Shown: positions 1 through 13,522, numbered from the stretch's first letter. The stretch is 64,000 nt of DNA from Nemertoderma westbladi (GCA_032718475.1 JAUCBJ010007729.1:1-64000), one strand, 5' to 3'. A program made the numbers and translations. The notes: generated from the sequence alone by a model not told the origin.

Positions 1-189
1 GAATAGTTTATTTAATGTACTAATATTTAATACATGTAATTATTTATTTATTTATTTAATTTATTTAAATTATTTATTATATTTATATACTACTTAAATT
101 TAAATAGTACATTAATTTGAGAATAACTTTACATAGTTAATATTATTAATATTAACTTAATTAGTTATTAACCTAATTATTATTAGTAG

Positions 190-527
190 TTAATTGCACT
201 TGCATACTTCACTACCGACCTCTTTTCCAGCATGGATGATGCAAGTAACATGGTACCACTTTGAACAGTTATCGCAGTCTTCCCATTGAATCGCGTCAAC
301 TAATCGCGTGAACTTTGTAGCTAGCTCCCTGGTGGATTTACTTGCAGGCAGAGCCCACACAATTCACCCCTATCATTGTATGCTGGATCTGTTTCACTCC
401 CATAGTCTTCTTCGTCATTGTCATCCGACTCATAATCACTTGAGCTACTGCTATTCGGTTCAAGCTCTTCACTATTCTCTGAGATACTATCGAAAGAAAG
501 CTCTTCAATGTTTTCATTTACAGATGT
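190..527 (-). pseudogene. Decayed ORF C-terminus: acidic linker plus PHD finger (possibly the end of a pogo/DDE-type transposase)
   Basis: ORF 321..581 gives an acidic tract followed by ELCGLCLQVNPPG. After a 1-nt frameshift the minus strand reads ELATKFTRLVDAIQWEDCDNCSKWYHVTCIIHAGKEVGSEVCKCN* (stop 190-192), a C4HC3-like PHD spacing. Confidence 0.6.
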
Positions 528-862
528 TGTTAAACAGGCCACCCCATGCCTAACCGATAAGGACACAAAGACGTGCTTCACTGTACGAAGTAACAGTAAA
601 TAAAACAGTACATACTTTACTGTTAAACAGGGGTGATCAGGAGCGCGCTATTACTACTATCATACGGTCCAAAGGCCCGCAGAGTGTCATGCATAATCAA
701 AACAAAGATATCACCACAGACAGGCAGTATACTGCTATAATAGGGTATGTCACGGTACAAAGCACAACAGCCAAAATCAGTACAACCAACTACAGAACTA
801 ACTAGTATATAGGCTTGGCCTCTTAGGTCCTATAATAATCTACTCTAAAATATCCTATAACA
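528..862 (-). repeat. 3' LTR of the Ty3/Gypsy element
   Basis: Termini are TGTTA...TAACA, and the minus-strand polypurine tract AGGGGGA (863-870) lies immediately before the TG. The left boundary is uncertain (alternative TGTTAAACAG at 621). Confidence 0.6.
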
Positions 863-912
863 TCCCCCCTGTTGAAAGACTTGAGACCCATCAAGTTAAC
901 ATACTAATACAA

Positions 913-1017
913 AAGACCCATCACCAAAGTTTATAACCATCCAGCTATTGCTTAAATTCTACTGAAGACCCATCACCAAAGTTTATAACCATCCAGCTAT
1001 TGCTTAAATTCTACTGT
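913..1017. repeat. Two tandem ~53-bp direct repeats in the Gypsy 3' UTR
   Basis: aagacccatcaccaaagtttataaccatccagctattgcttaaattctactg occurs twice in tandem. Confidence 0.9.
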
Positions 1018-1018
1018 A

Positions 1019-4000
1019 TTAAGTGTTTTTGGCTTTAGATCGGGTATGATAAGGATGAATATAGGGTTCCATTTCAGTGTCCTTTGGTGTCCTTGTATTA
1101 ATCAAGTTTGAGTTGTCCAATAGCAATCTATTATGGAACCTCTTCGAATAATTTTGCGTCTTGCCCAGATAAGGTTTAGTCATCATATCCAGATCTCTTG
1201 GACATCGTTTTAGATGCGATACATTAACGGTGAAAGTTTCGTGTGTATGGGATTCAGAGTGATTCAAAAGTAAATCTGCATTATGCTCAGACAATTTCAT
1301 TATTTTGAATGGTCCGAGAAAGGGTCGGGCAAATTTATGATTTGGACCTTTACATTTTGACATTGAGTGTAAAAACACTCGGTCACCCACATTAAATCCA
1401 TGTTTTAGTGTTTTCTTATTATATTGAGTACTCCAGTTAATATGTTCCTTTGCCAATTTGTTTCTGACCATCTGGAATGTAGTAGTTAAGCTATCCTTAA
1501 GATCAAGTGCAAAGTCTTCAACCTCTGCATACTTCCATGGAATGAAATTCAGGAAGTCGTCGAAACGAAATTGAGGATCACGTCCATGCATAAGGAAGAA
1601 AGGTGTTTCACCTGTTGTCATATGGTAGGAGCTGTTATACGCAAAGGTAACCTGATCAAGATAACTATCCTAATCGGTTCCATGATCATTAACTAAATGT
1701 GATAGAATATCGCAAATTGTTCTATTCATTCGTTCTACAACTCCGTTACATTGTTGGTGATATGGGGTTGTAAATATTTTCTCAATTCCCAGTAGTTTTG
1801 CTACTTCCTTTATCAAAGAACTCGTAAAGTTTGGACCTTGATCAGACAAAAGTTTATTAGGAACACCATGTTGACATATAACATGATCTATTAAGGCTTT
1901 CACCACTGTAGTAGCACATTCATCAGACAAAGCTATTGCTATTACCCATTTAGTGAAGTGATCCACAAACACTAATGCAAATTTATTACTTTCAATAGAT
2001 AATGGGAGTGAAAGTAAATCTACTGCCATTAATTCCATTGGATAATATGAAGTTATAGCGGTTAAGGGAACCTTTTGATATCGGTGAAGAGGCTTCCTTG
2101 TGAGACATTCCAAACAAGAATTACAGAAACGAACTGTATCTCGATACATTGTGTCCCAATAATAAAATTGAGCTAATGATTTATAAGTTTTATCTATCGC
2201 AAAATGACCTCCCAAGGACGATGAATGTCTATCATATAATAATGTTGACTGATATTGTTTTGGAACAACAATAAGTCGGAGATGTCTGTTAAATGGGGAG
2301 AGTCTATACAAACATTTACATGAAACATCATCATTTAGGTCTTTGTCAATGATTTCATATGCAGCCACACTTAATAATAACTTTTGAGCTGCTATTTTAT
2401 TGGTAGGTAGTACTCCAGATTCTAGATAATCTATGATAGATTTAAGGTGATCATCCTTGCTTTGTTCTTCTATATTTAACTTTGAGTTCATATCATTACT
2501 TAATATTTCTTCAATAGTAATTTCAGAGTTATTACTTGCTTCTATTGGAAGATTTATGATATCATTTATTTCATTTGAATGTTCTGTTTTTAATTGACAT
2601 TGTGGGATTCTAGATAATGCATCAGCAGCTAAATTGAGTTTGCCTGGTCGGTAACTGATACGAGGCATCTGAGGCATTAATTTTAACATCCAGCGTTGTA
2701 GTCTTCCTTTGGGTTCTTTAATGTTAAGAAACCACATGAGAGCGGAATGGTCGGTTATGACTTCATAATCTTGACCTTGGAGATATGCCCCAAAATGGTC
2801 TATGGCCCAAATGATAGCATATAATTCCAGTTCAGTAATATGCCACTTCTTTTCATTACTAGCTAGATAGGCTCTTGCCACTATATGCAATTGGGTGTAA
2901 CTCATCATTGTCATCACGCTGACTCAAGATAGCACCTAAACCATCCATTGAAGCATCTGTTTCCAGTAAGAATGGCTTTGACATATCAGGGCGAGCTAAA
3001 ACAGGTTCTGTTGTCAAGGCTCTCTTCAGATATTGAAATGCTTTATCACATTCTGTTGACCAAACAAATTTGACATCTTTTCGTGTAAGTGCATTCAAAG
3101 GTGCAGTTATCTTTGCAAGATCCTTTATAAACTTTCAATAATATTTTGTTAATCCAAGAAACCGCTGCAGTTCCTTGAGGTTATTGGGTGGAGGGTAGTC
3201 TTTGACAATAAGTATCTTCTGTGGATCAGGCTTTTTTCCGAATTGTGTTACAATATGTCCTAGAAATTTAATATCAAAGCATGCAAACTTGCATTTCTCT
3301 ATTCTCAGTTTTAATTTTGCTTTATTAATTCGTTGAAGTACCTTATTAATGTGTGCAAATGTGATTCGAAATTAGTTGAAAAAATCAATATATCATCAAG
3401 AAATACGAAACAACAATAACCAATTAACCCATGTAAAGCTACGTTCATAAGTCGTTGACAGGTTGGAGGAGCATTTGTAAGTCCAAATGGCATTCCAGTA
3501 TATCTGTAAGCTCCATCAGGTGTAACCATAGTAGTTTTGTCCTTGCTATCTTCAGAAATAGGGATTTGATGGAACATCTGTTTTGTGTCCAGAACACTGA
3601 ATATAGTTGCATTTTGAATGCAATCAAGTATATCATCAATTCTAGGCATTGGGTAATTGTCTCTCAATGTTATTGCATTAAGGGCTCTGTAGTCAACACA
3701 TAAACGTAAGGGTTTGCCTTCTTTCTTTACAAGTACAGTTGGACTAGTCCATAGTGCTGATGCGGGTTCAATAATTCTATCTGTCAACAATTGTTCTATT
3801 ATTTCTCTACATTTTCCACGGTAGGCTAATGGTATCCTACGAGGATGCTGTTGAATTGGTTTATGGTCTCCAGTTTCTATATGATGTTCAATTACATCAG
3901 TTCTTCCTGTTGGTTCGTCAGGGAGAGCAAATGAAAATTGTATCTCTAATAATGTATCTAAAAGTTGATTTTGTTGGTTTGAAGTCAACTGGTTCCATTC

Positions 4001-4186
4001 ATTTGCAATTTTAATACACCGTAGGAATTTCTCTGTACGAAGTTTCCTTTCAAGGGCTGTTGTTGAATCATTATTATCATCAAGTTCTCTTTTTCCTCCT
4101 TTATAAGTTTACTATCCCTACAAGCATCATCATAATCAAAATTATCATAATTTGTAATACTTTCTACATTTTCTAATATACCAATC
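1019..4186 (-). mobile_element. Ty3/Gypsy pol pseudogene (RT, RNase H, integrase); 5' part absent
   Basis: RT: LRLCVDYRALN, YPMPRID, MPFGLTNAP, FLDDILI (3311..3988). RNase H: LETDAS, ELELYAI, TDHSAL. Integrase: H..GGH/CLEC zinc finger, VDHFTKW, SDQGPNF, NGVVERMNRT, and a GPF module (1019..1621). Several frameshifts and stops. Confidence 0.95.
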
Positions 4187-4582
4187 TTTTTTTTTTTTTT
4201 TTTTTATTATTTTAAATTTTTTTTTTTCCGGTTCCAACAGTTTATTATATTACTTAAATTACACAATTAAAGGTAATCATCATAACCGTACAAATGCACA
4301 ATTAAAATTCACAAAATACAAGTGCACAAATACAATTGCAATAATAAAAAGAAGTTATTCAAATATTATCATGCATAAACGGAATAAACAATATACTAAT
4401 ATTTTTGTGCCCAAGGGTAGCAGACCTGCAATTTGAAATTTGACTCCACTAATTATCTATTAACACGACCTTAACAGCACGAATAAAGAGGAAGAGAAAA
4501 ACTTTAGGGAGATACCTTGACGACATGTAAATAATATATAATAAATAAAAATTAATCCCAAAACATTTACTTAAAGTCCCAG

Positions 4583-7500
4583 TTATGATGTATTTTGAGT
4601 AAAAATATTTTCAAAACCACCCCATTTTTTTTTGTATGGGCCCCATGTGCTTGTCGAAACCGCATTGAAAAGCTCAAATTGATGTAGCATTAAAAGCTTA
4701 TTTTTTAAATAGGTTAAATGCAGAGATGGAGTTTGCGTGAAACGTTGAGAAAAGATGATATATTTTGCAAGAAAAATTATTGTATTCACTACTTTATGTT
4801 TAGAATCCTTATACAGACCGAAAAAGAACATATGCTTACGAAACACTATCGATTGTCGGGAAGCAGATAACCACCATAATCGAATTTCTTCAATAAAGGT
4901 TTTGACTTTTGTGCAGTTCCAAAACAAATGATCAATATCCTCCACATGTTCTTTGCAATATGTGCAAATATTATTATTAATTTGTCCTATTCTTGTTAGA
5001 AACTGATTTGTTGGGATTCTACGCATAACAAATTTATATTGAAACGACCTGAGTTTTGCATCAATAGTAGTCTTGAAAGGTAAAATAAATATCTGCTTCC
5101 AGTCCACATTTGTCAGTGTGCTCTCCAAATTTATTTCCCATTGTCGAATAGATGTGGGTTTTACTTTTATTTTTTCTACTAAAGTATTGTAAGTTAAATT
5201 AGTGACCCTATTTTTGCAATTAATTAATCGAAAAGAATTTCTAAAATGTGGTCCTTGTAAACCTTGTTTCAGCAAAACTTTGATATCGTGTGGAATGGCA
5301 TCTATTAGACTCATATATTTAAAATGATCTGTTTCGGCTAAATTATATTTGTTTTTAAATTCGCAAAAGTTTAGGAATCTTTTTTCTTTTTGTTCTACTA
5401 TGTTATTCAGAGTATAAATACCTAAATCTCTCCAAGTACGCCAAAAAATAGGTCTTCCACCGATCCGAATGAGAGAATTAAACCATATTATTTGATTCAT
5501 TGCATCTTCTGACGTACACGGTGTACTAAAATTAATATTACACCAAGTTTGCATTACCTCGTTCCAAAAAGTTGATTTTAAATCTAACATACATTCAATA
5601 TCTTTTGCATTCAAATTATACTGTAAAAAATCATTCATTGAGATATTATGTGATATTGAAGCTAGAGGTAATCCTATATTGTCCGTTTTGGAGATAATTT
5701 TTACGATCCATCGTACTTTTTGCGCCTGTATATAAGACTCTATATCCACACTTTTTAATCCACCCTCGGAATACGATGCTATTAATACTTTATTTGCTAC
5801 TTTTGCCGGTTTTCCATCCCATAAAAAATTATTGATTACCTTATTTATTTGCAGTATGAGGTCAGGTGGTGGTCTTTCTAAACAAGATAATTTAAAAGTT
5901 AGCTGCGGAATGGCCAGCGATTTAATTATACATATTTTTCCTAACCACGTTAGTGTGATTTTGGCCCAAAAATTTAGAATCTTGCTTATGTTTTCAATAG
6001 CCTCCGGGTAATTCAACATGGGTATTTTTGTTATGTCGTTGCTCAGTATCACTCCTAGTACACGGGGCACCTGGTTCCAACCATTTTAGATTATATTCGG
6101 GACAAAGAGTTGTAGTTGATAATTTTTTATTACCTATCCACAGCACCTCTGTTTTTGTTCTATTTAATTTTAATAAATAAGAAATTTTGAAATTTTGAAA
6201 TTTTTGAAAATAAGAAATTTTGCCGAAAGTGTTGAAAATACAAAACGCTTTCTGCAGGGATTTTTCACTATCACATAACTGTAAACTAAGATCGTCAGCA
6301 AACAACGAAATTAAATTTCTGACGCCGTTGATATATATTTCTTCAATATCGTCTTCATTTCTAATAGCTATGGCTAGTATTTCTATAACTAAGAGAAATA
6401 GATACGAACTGAGAAGGTCTCCTTGTCTAAAGCCCCGTTCGGCCGAGAACGGTTGTGAGAGATAACCATTGTTCTGAATCACAAGTTTGAAGTTACTATT
6501 ATATAGTATATCAAACCAAGTTAAAAAAGTTTGCGGAAAATTAAAACGATTTAAAACGTATTTAATAAAAGGCCATTCCACCGAATCATAGGCTTTTTGG
6601 AAATCCGCCATCACTAGGATTCCTCCTTGATCAACTTCATCCAGGTGTTCCATAGCGGAAATAATTTTTCGAATATTGTCACCTAGGTAACGACCTGTGA
6701 GGAAGCCCGACTGGTCATCGTTTATTAACGGAGATAATACATACTTCAATCTAAGAGCCAAAAGTTTTGTTAATAATTTATAATCAACATTTAGCAGTGT
6801 TATGGGCCGTCTATTGTCTAGAAATCTTGGGTCTTTATCCTTCTTTTGTGTTAAAGAAATTACCCCCTGCCGTTGTGATATGGGGAGGTCCCCTATAACG
6901 AAAGTTTCCTTATAACAGTTTAAAATATAAAATTTCAGGTCACTCCAAAAGAATTTAAAAAACTCGGCTGTGAAACCATCACCGCCAGGAGTTTTCCCAT
7001 TTGGCATAGTTTTTAAAGCAGCAAGCAATTCGCCTTCAGTAATATTTTTGGAAAGATACTCCTTAGCAGTGTCTCCGAGAATGGGCATGTAATTTGATAT
7101 TTTGTTAAAAAACACATTGCACTCTTGTTTAAAATTATCATGCTGGCAAGTGGAAGAAAATAAAGTTTTATAAAAATTAGCTGATTCTTTCAAAATGGCC
7201 TTATCATCAGTTATAGTGCGGTGCTCGCCTGTTTTTTCTTTTATTTTCAAAACATTAATATTATTTTTCATAGCCCGTTTTTTTTCCAAGTTTAAAAAAT
7301 ATTTAGTTGGCCTTTCATTACCTATGAAATGTTGAGCTTTTGCTCGAAAAATTGCTGATTTTGCTTTTTCACATTCAATATTATACAGCTCATCATTACA
7401 CCTCTGCATCTCAAGTTGTTCGTGTTCAGACAAAGATGCTTCCCGCACATGTAAGTCCTTGATTTGATTTGTCAGAATGTTAATTTTTTTATTTTCTTCC

Positions 7501-8418
7501 CTTTGCTTTCTAATACTGAATGCGATAGTTTCTGTTCTAATATTTAATTTTATTATCTCCCATAGTTGTTGTTCGGATAGATGTGATTCGTATTGTTGGA
7601 TTGTTTGGTTGATAATGCTTTTCATAAAAGTTACATATCCTGTGTCTCCTAATAATCTATTATTAAATTTCCATATGCCTCTTCCACGGGTTTTTTCCGC
7701 CCAAGTAATTGTAAAGGAAGCTGCCGAATGGTCAGATCTATATCCAGGTGTTATATGGCAGGATTCAGCTACACCTGCTAAGGACGATGAAATAAGGAAA
7801 AAATCTTTTCTGGTTAAAACCCAACCGCGATTGATTTTTTTGCCTATGGGTAAAAAGTTGACCGTCATTATTTTGCAGCCTATAAATATCAACCAAATCT
7901 TGGTCCTCTATAACATCCAACACCGCTTGGCGTACCTTTCTATTTGTGAAAGGTGAACCTCCCTTTTTATCCTTGTTTATGTCCAAGACACAATTGAAAT
8001 CCCCTCCCCAGATTATATTCTCTCCATGGAAATTACTTTCGATGTCTAACTGAATTTTGGAAATTAGTGACGGATTATCCGTATTATAATTATATATATT
8101 TGCTAGGGTATATATTTTTATTCCTATCTCTATATCAACAATGATATATCTTCCTTCTACATCAATTTCGCTTTTAACAATTCTGAACGGAAAATTATCG
8201 TTAAACAGTAGCCCCACGCCAGCACTGTTAGAGCTAGACTCACTGAGCAGACCCTCACAACCCCATTCCTTAAGCCATTTGTCTGGATCTGTACAGTGCG
8301 TTTCTTGTAAAAAATATATATTACCCTTTGTTTTTTTTAACTTATCCATAATTACACGGCGTTTTACATCATCTTGCAGCCCCCTGCAGTTTAGTGTCGT
8401 AAATGTTATAGTAGTCAT
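4583..8418 (-). pseudogene. L1/Tx1 ORF2 (APE endonuclease, RT, CCHC zinc knuckle) with two frameshifts
   Basis: TLNCRGL, FLQETH, GGDFN, SDH (APE); GKTPGGDGF, RPITLLNVDYK, DFQKAYDSV, GFRQGD, LFADDL (RT); CTYCKEHVEDIDHLFWNC. Split over ORFs 7765..8418, 5994..7892 and 4583..6070. Confidence 0.95.
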
Positions 8419-8741
8419 TTCTTGTTAAATTTAGCACTGCCTCTAAAATTGCTAGTCTGCTTCCTTAAAATGACACTGAAAGTATTTGCAGTTTTAACGA
8501 TAATATATAATTTACTGTACACATTTACGTGGGCCTTTTGCATGTCTATTTGCAATAGGCCTACTGCTTTTAAAATTGTGAAAAGCATTTTGCTAGATAG
8601 AACCGGTTTCCTATAAATATTTTCTGCAACATCACAACCTTCACCAAAAACTATACTACATACCGTTACTTCGAGTTTAAAGATAAACAACATTGCCATA
8701 AACAAAGCATAACAAGCCATCCCCATAACGTCATCGGCCAT
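8415..8741 (-). CDS. Putative 108-aa inter-ORF of the LINE with a hydrophobic N-terminus; its stop overlaps the ORF2 start (ATGA)
   Basis: Present in the ORF track; the minus strand reads aaATGAct at 8415-8418. No homology recognised. Confidence 0.3.
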   Translation of the reverse strand: MADDVMGMACYALFMAMLFIFKLEVTVCSIVFGEGCDVAENIYRKPVLSSKMLFTILKAVGLLQIDMQKAHVNVYSKLYIIVKTANTFSVILRKQTSNFRGSAKFNKK

Positions 8742-9114
8742 GGGAAAAAAATACAGGCCTTGGCCATCCCACTATTTCTCATTTTAATAACCAAAACAGA
8801 CCTAACTCGGACGTCCTTTACGGACGACCCCTAATTAATTGGATTATATATGGACTCCCTCGGTCGGGCCTACACAATATAATTTATAATTTGTATGTTT
8901 GGTTAACGAAACTATAGAAACACACAGAAAATCGAAAAACAATTGAATATGTTTTGTACCGGTACTTCAACTTTGGCCTTGGAGTTTAGAAACAAAAAAA
9001 AACAGATAAAAAAAAGAGTAAACAAAACAAATTTTTAACATACATATACATAGGCTCCGTTGCGATCAAAAGCACGTACCATAATTATTTTGGAATATTT
9101 TCCTCGAAAGTTGT

Positions 9115-9530
9115 TTACTTGTTTTTTCCGCTCCTCCTACTTCCATTTCCGTGACCCATTGTAGTACGACCACGATTACTCTGTGACGGAGAAAGGCGAG
9201 GATTGGCTTCCAACTCGTCAACTTCTGTCGACGTATGTAGGCCTTCCTGCATTGGGGATCGACCATCGCCGCCATTGCGCATCGGCCTACCTCGTTGTCC
9301 CGGTTTCAACGTAGAGGCTACCGGAACCGCGTTCATCTTTGGTTTGATCTTGGAATAAATATTTTCTCCGTTTCGCATTGATATGAACACGAAAGGGTAG
9401 TATCGCTCCGAAATGATTATTCGCGCTCTCGCTCTATCAGTGGCACTCATTTCCTTCTTTATAGCCACTAGGTCGCGCCTTACCTGGGTGAGATACGAGT
9501 AGTAGGAGAAGCATAGCCCTCGGCTAACTC
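9115..9530 (-). pseudogene. Probable C-terminal remnant of LINE ORF1
   Basis: The frame extends upstream as CFSYYSYLTQVRRDLVAIKKEM...RARIIISERYYPFVFI, loosely resembling the L1 ORF1 C-terminal domain, followed by a basic disordered tail. Strand and position fit ORF1. Confidence 0.4.
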
Positions 9531-10071
9531 CTCCCTAGCCTGGGCTACGGGCCACATCTCGGAGGCAATTAAAAAATACCAAATTCCGGTGCTAAATTGT
9601 GGTGTTTAATGACCATCTGTCACCAACAGTATTCTTGCCTTCAGCCAATCGCTGCGTATAACCTACGCGTAGCCTAACCTCGCGATGCCCTCCTTACTCC
9701 TACAGCTGTTACCTCCCGTCAGTATTGGTTCGAGTCGTTGCATCAACCAACCATCGCATATTCATCTTCGCGTACCCAAACCTCTCAACGCGTGGCTAGC
9801 CCCCCACTATGCTATTATATCGAATCGATTGCCAACTCACCACCACGCACGGCTACCCCTCGACGGCTGTCGCCAATCCGCCACGTGTTGAAATTCCGCC
9901 ACGTTTCCGGCTACACGTATACGAACATTTCCATAGTTTAATGCAATACCTTTGAAGCCCTTTAATGACGCTTTGTCGATAACCCGATTGGGGATTTTCT
10001 GAGACACAAAACGAAATCGGTATTGTAAGAACAATTGACCAAACTAATGGAAAAGTTATCCTTATATTGCC

Positions 10072-10970
10072 TTAAGGGTTAACTTCATTTCACTAAGGGT
10101 TGGGTTAGCTTCATTTCACTAAGGGTTGGGTTCGCTTCATTTCACTAAGGGTTAGGTTAGCTTCATTTCACTAAGGGTTGGGTTAGCTTCATTTCACTAT
10201 GGGTTGGGTTAGCTTAATTTCACTAAGGGTTGGGTTAGCTTAATTTCACTAAGGGTTGGGTTAGCTTCATTGTATTAAGGGTGGGGTTAGCTTCATTGCA
10301 TTAAGGGTGGGGTTAACTTCATTGCATTAAAGGTTGTGTTAGCTTCAGTGCATTAAAGGTTGTGTTAGCTTCATTGCATTAAAGGTTGTGTTAGCTTCAG
10401 TGCATTAAAGGTTGTGTTAGCTTCAGTGCATTAAGGGTTGTGTTAGCTTCAGTGCATTAAAGGTTGTGTTAGCTTCAGTGCATTAAATGTTGTGTTAGCT
10501 TCATTGAATTAAGGGTTAGCTTTATTGAACTAAGGGTTGTGTTAGCTTCATTATATTAAGGGTGGGTTAGCTTCATTGTATTAAGGGTGGGGTTAGCTTC
10601 ATTGTATTAAGGGTTAGCTTTATTGAACTAAGGGTTGTGTTAGCTTCATTATATTAAGGGTGGGTTAGCTTCATTGTATTAAGGGTGGGGTTAGCTTCAT
10701 TGTATTAAGGGTTAGCTTTATTGAACTAAGGGTTGTGTTAGCTTCATTGTATTAAGGGTGGGGTTAACTTCATTGTATTAAGGGTGGGTTAGCTTCAGTG
10801 CATTAAAGGTTGTGTTAGCTTCATTGAACTAAAGGTTGTGTTAGCTTCAGTGCATTAAAGGTTGTGTTAGCTTCATTGCACTAATGGTTGTGTTAGCTTT
10901 AGTGCATTAAGGGTTGTGTTAGCTTCATTGCACCGATGGTTTGCCTTATTGAACTATGGGGGTTAACTCC
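10072..10970. repeat. 26-bp G-rich minisatellite (ctaagggttgggttagcttcatttca), ~34 degenerate units
   Basis: Tandem periodicity is directly visible, with a 98-bp higher-order unit recurring at 10511, 10609 and 10707. Confidence 0.95.
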
Positions 10971-12387
10971 ATTGTATAAAACAGTTACTACTCCCTATTC
11001 CCTGTCCAGCGACTGTCTAATAATACGATTAGTACGTCCATTAACCATTAAATGTATACGAAAATTAGTGAATTATACAAATACAAGTGATAGGGGAAGT
11101 GTTTCGCTGTATCTGTCCGTCTACTTACATAGCCAACAGCCGTGTCTTTCTCGTCCCGAATCTATCGTAAATATACCCATTGATTATTGCAAAGGCATTT
11201 AATGAGAATGAGCCGAGGGTGAATGCCAGAGACAATTCCCTGTCCTGCGAGTCGCAGTGGGTACCCCCCAAATGTGGGTCCATCTAAATTATTAATACGA
11301 TATTATATTATATTAATTTATTGATTGATTGAGCAATAAAGGCAATGTATAACCGTCTATTAAGGATATCATTTTTTCTTCTATTATTAAGAATAATTAA
11401 ATAATACGCACAGGATCCCGATTCAGTGGATATAATATATCAATCAGCTTGAAATAAATAAGGAAATGACAGCTGGAGTTTTGGGCGGAGCCTTCGAAAT
11501 ATAAAGGTATATGATGTATTGTTGAATATTGACTTTCTTACAGATGGCTGTTGAGCCTGACATAATAAAAACACGAATGAATTATGTACGATGTCCACTG
11601 GTTAGGTTCAAGCTTTACTGTGAAAGATAATTCATAGAGGAGTTGGTACACAATAATGGAGATTATTATTCCTTCCCAACTTGGTAGAAGATGGATGAAC
11701 CTAAACCTACAGTATCGAAAAATTTAGGTTAAAGTGCAAAAATGAAACTGTAATCTATTACACAATGAAGTGGAATGCGTTGCACAATGCACGTGCACAA
11801 CTTTAATTTGCAAAGTTAACTTTATTCAGTAGATGTTTACCTAATCACTTAAAGGTATTGTGTGTGATGAATTAGGTAATAAATGATCTAGCTACACAGT
11901 TACACAGTTACAGCTACACATTATGTAGCTAAGCTAGCTACACAATTTAAATGTAATGTTTCAACGTTTGTGGGGCCTTCACGCAGTCAATTTTTGCAAT
12001 TGTAAATTTTTTGCCGTTTCAACTTGCGGTCAATTTGTGCCACTATCTGATCAAATGAGTTTTGACAGATTGTAAGATAAAATTACATTAAAATTTATTT
12101 ATAGTTGACTACTGGATGGTTTCATGGTTACTGACATCCAGTAATCCGACAATTCGATATAATCAATCGATTACTCTTCTGGTTCCACTCACTCGCAACT
12201 TTTCATCGGATATTCAACTAATTTAATTCGCTATTTATACTTCGGGATCCCGTTTCAAAAACGTCGGAATCGGCATTGCATTTTTCACCGGGAGCCCGAC
12301 TTTTCGAGATCGGAATCGGAATCCCGTTTAAACCTAAAGATGTATGGAGCCAGATCCATGTACATCTTAATTTTTAATCAGATATTT

Positions 12388-12579
12388 TTAACAGCCTACC
12401 ATTAGAACTGAGAACCTGCACTGACCTTCAGAAGTTCAAAACAGTCTTGAAAACCAAACTATTCACCCGTGCATACCCATAAATTATTTAGAAACTAGTA
12501 TCGCTGTGCAAAATTTCAAAGCGCCATTGAACTTTTTAGGTAAAGGCGCGATATAAATATAAGTTTATTATTATTATTA
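12388..12579 (+). mobile_element. L2/CR1-group LINE 3' end fragment
   Basis: NSLPLELRTCTDLQKFKTVLKTKLFTRAYP*, then a 3' stem-loop (gcgcc...ggcgc) and a (TTA)n tail. Confidence 0.8.
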
Positions 12580-12610
12580 GTACCCGCAACACTGCGACAT
12601 TAGTGATCAC

Positions 12611-13522
12611 GGGCACTAATGTCTCGCGAGCACTAAAGTCTCGCGGGCACTAAAGTCTCGCGGGCACTAATGTCTCGAGAGCACCAAGTCTCGCGGGCAC
12701 TAATGTCTCGAGAGCACTAATGTCTCGAGAGCACCAAGTCTCGCGGGCACTAATGTCTCGAGAGAACCAAGTCTCGCGGCACTAATGTCTCGAGAGCACT
12801 AATGTCTCGAGAGCACCAAGTCTCGCGAGCACTAAAGTCTCGCGGGCACTAATGTCTCGAGAGCACTAATGTCTCGAGAGCACCAAGTCTCGCGGGCACT
12901 AAAATCTCGAGAGCACTAAAGTCTCGCGAGCACTAAAGTCTCGCGGGCACTAATGTCTCGAGAGCACTAATGTCTCGAGAGCACTAATGTCACGAGAGCA
13001 CTAATGTCTCGAGAGCACTAATGTCTCGAGAGCACTAAAGTCTCGAGAGCACTAATGTCTCGAGAGCACTAATGTCTCGAGAGCACCAAGTCTCGCGGGC
13101 ACTAAAATCTCGAGAGCACTAAAGTCTCGCGAGCACTAAAGTCTCGCGGGCACTAATGTCTCGAGAGCACTAATGTCTCGAGAGCACTAATGTCACGAGA
13201 GCACTAATGTCTCGAGAGCACTAATGTCTCGAGAGCACTAAAGTCTCGAGATCACTAAAGTCTCGCGGCCACTAATGTCTCGAGAGCACTAATGTCTCGA
13301 GAGCATCAAGTCTCGCGAGCACTAATGTCTCGAGAGCACTAATGTCTCGAGAGCACTAATGTCTCGAGAGCACCAAGTCTCGCGAGCACTAATGTCTCGA
13401 GAGCACTAATGTCTCGAGAGCACTAATGTCTCTAGAGCACCAAGTCTCGAGAGCACTAATGTCTCGAGAGCACTAATGTCTCCAGAGCACTAATGTCTCT
13501 AGAGCACCAAGTCTCGAGAGCA
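12611..13522. repeat. 17-bp minisatellite (gcactaatgtctcgaga) with 16-bp and CGCG variants
   Basis: More than 50 tandem units; a ~203-bp higher-order duplication is marked by aaaatctcga at 12901 and 13104. Confidence 0.95.

Larger units (their letters stand above)
4187..9540 (-). mobile_element. L1/Tx1-clade non-LTR retrotransposon with poly(A) tail, inserted in Gypsy pol
   Basis: A poly(T) run begins at 4187 on +, followed by a 3' UTR, ORF2 (4583-8418) and a probable ORF1 remnant (~9115-9530). The 5' boundary is not resolved. Confidence 0.9.

Noticed and set aside
9550-10070. GC-richer segment with short ORFs as resumed Gypsy sequence or SLC43 exon 2
   Set aside because: No recognisable motifs or TSD; it may be LINE 5' sequence, but that is unsupported.
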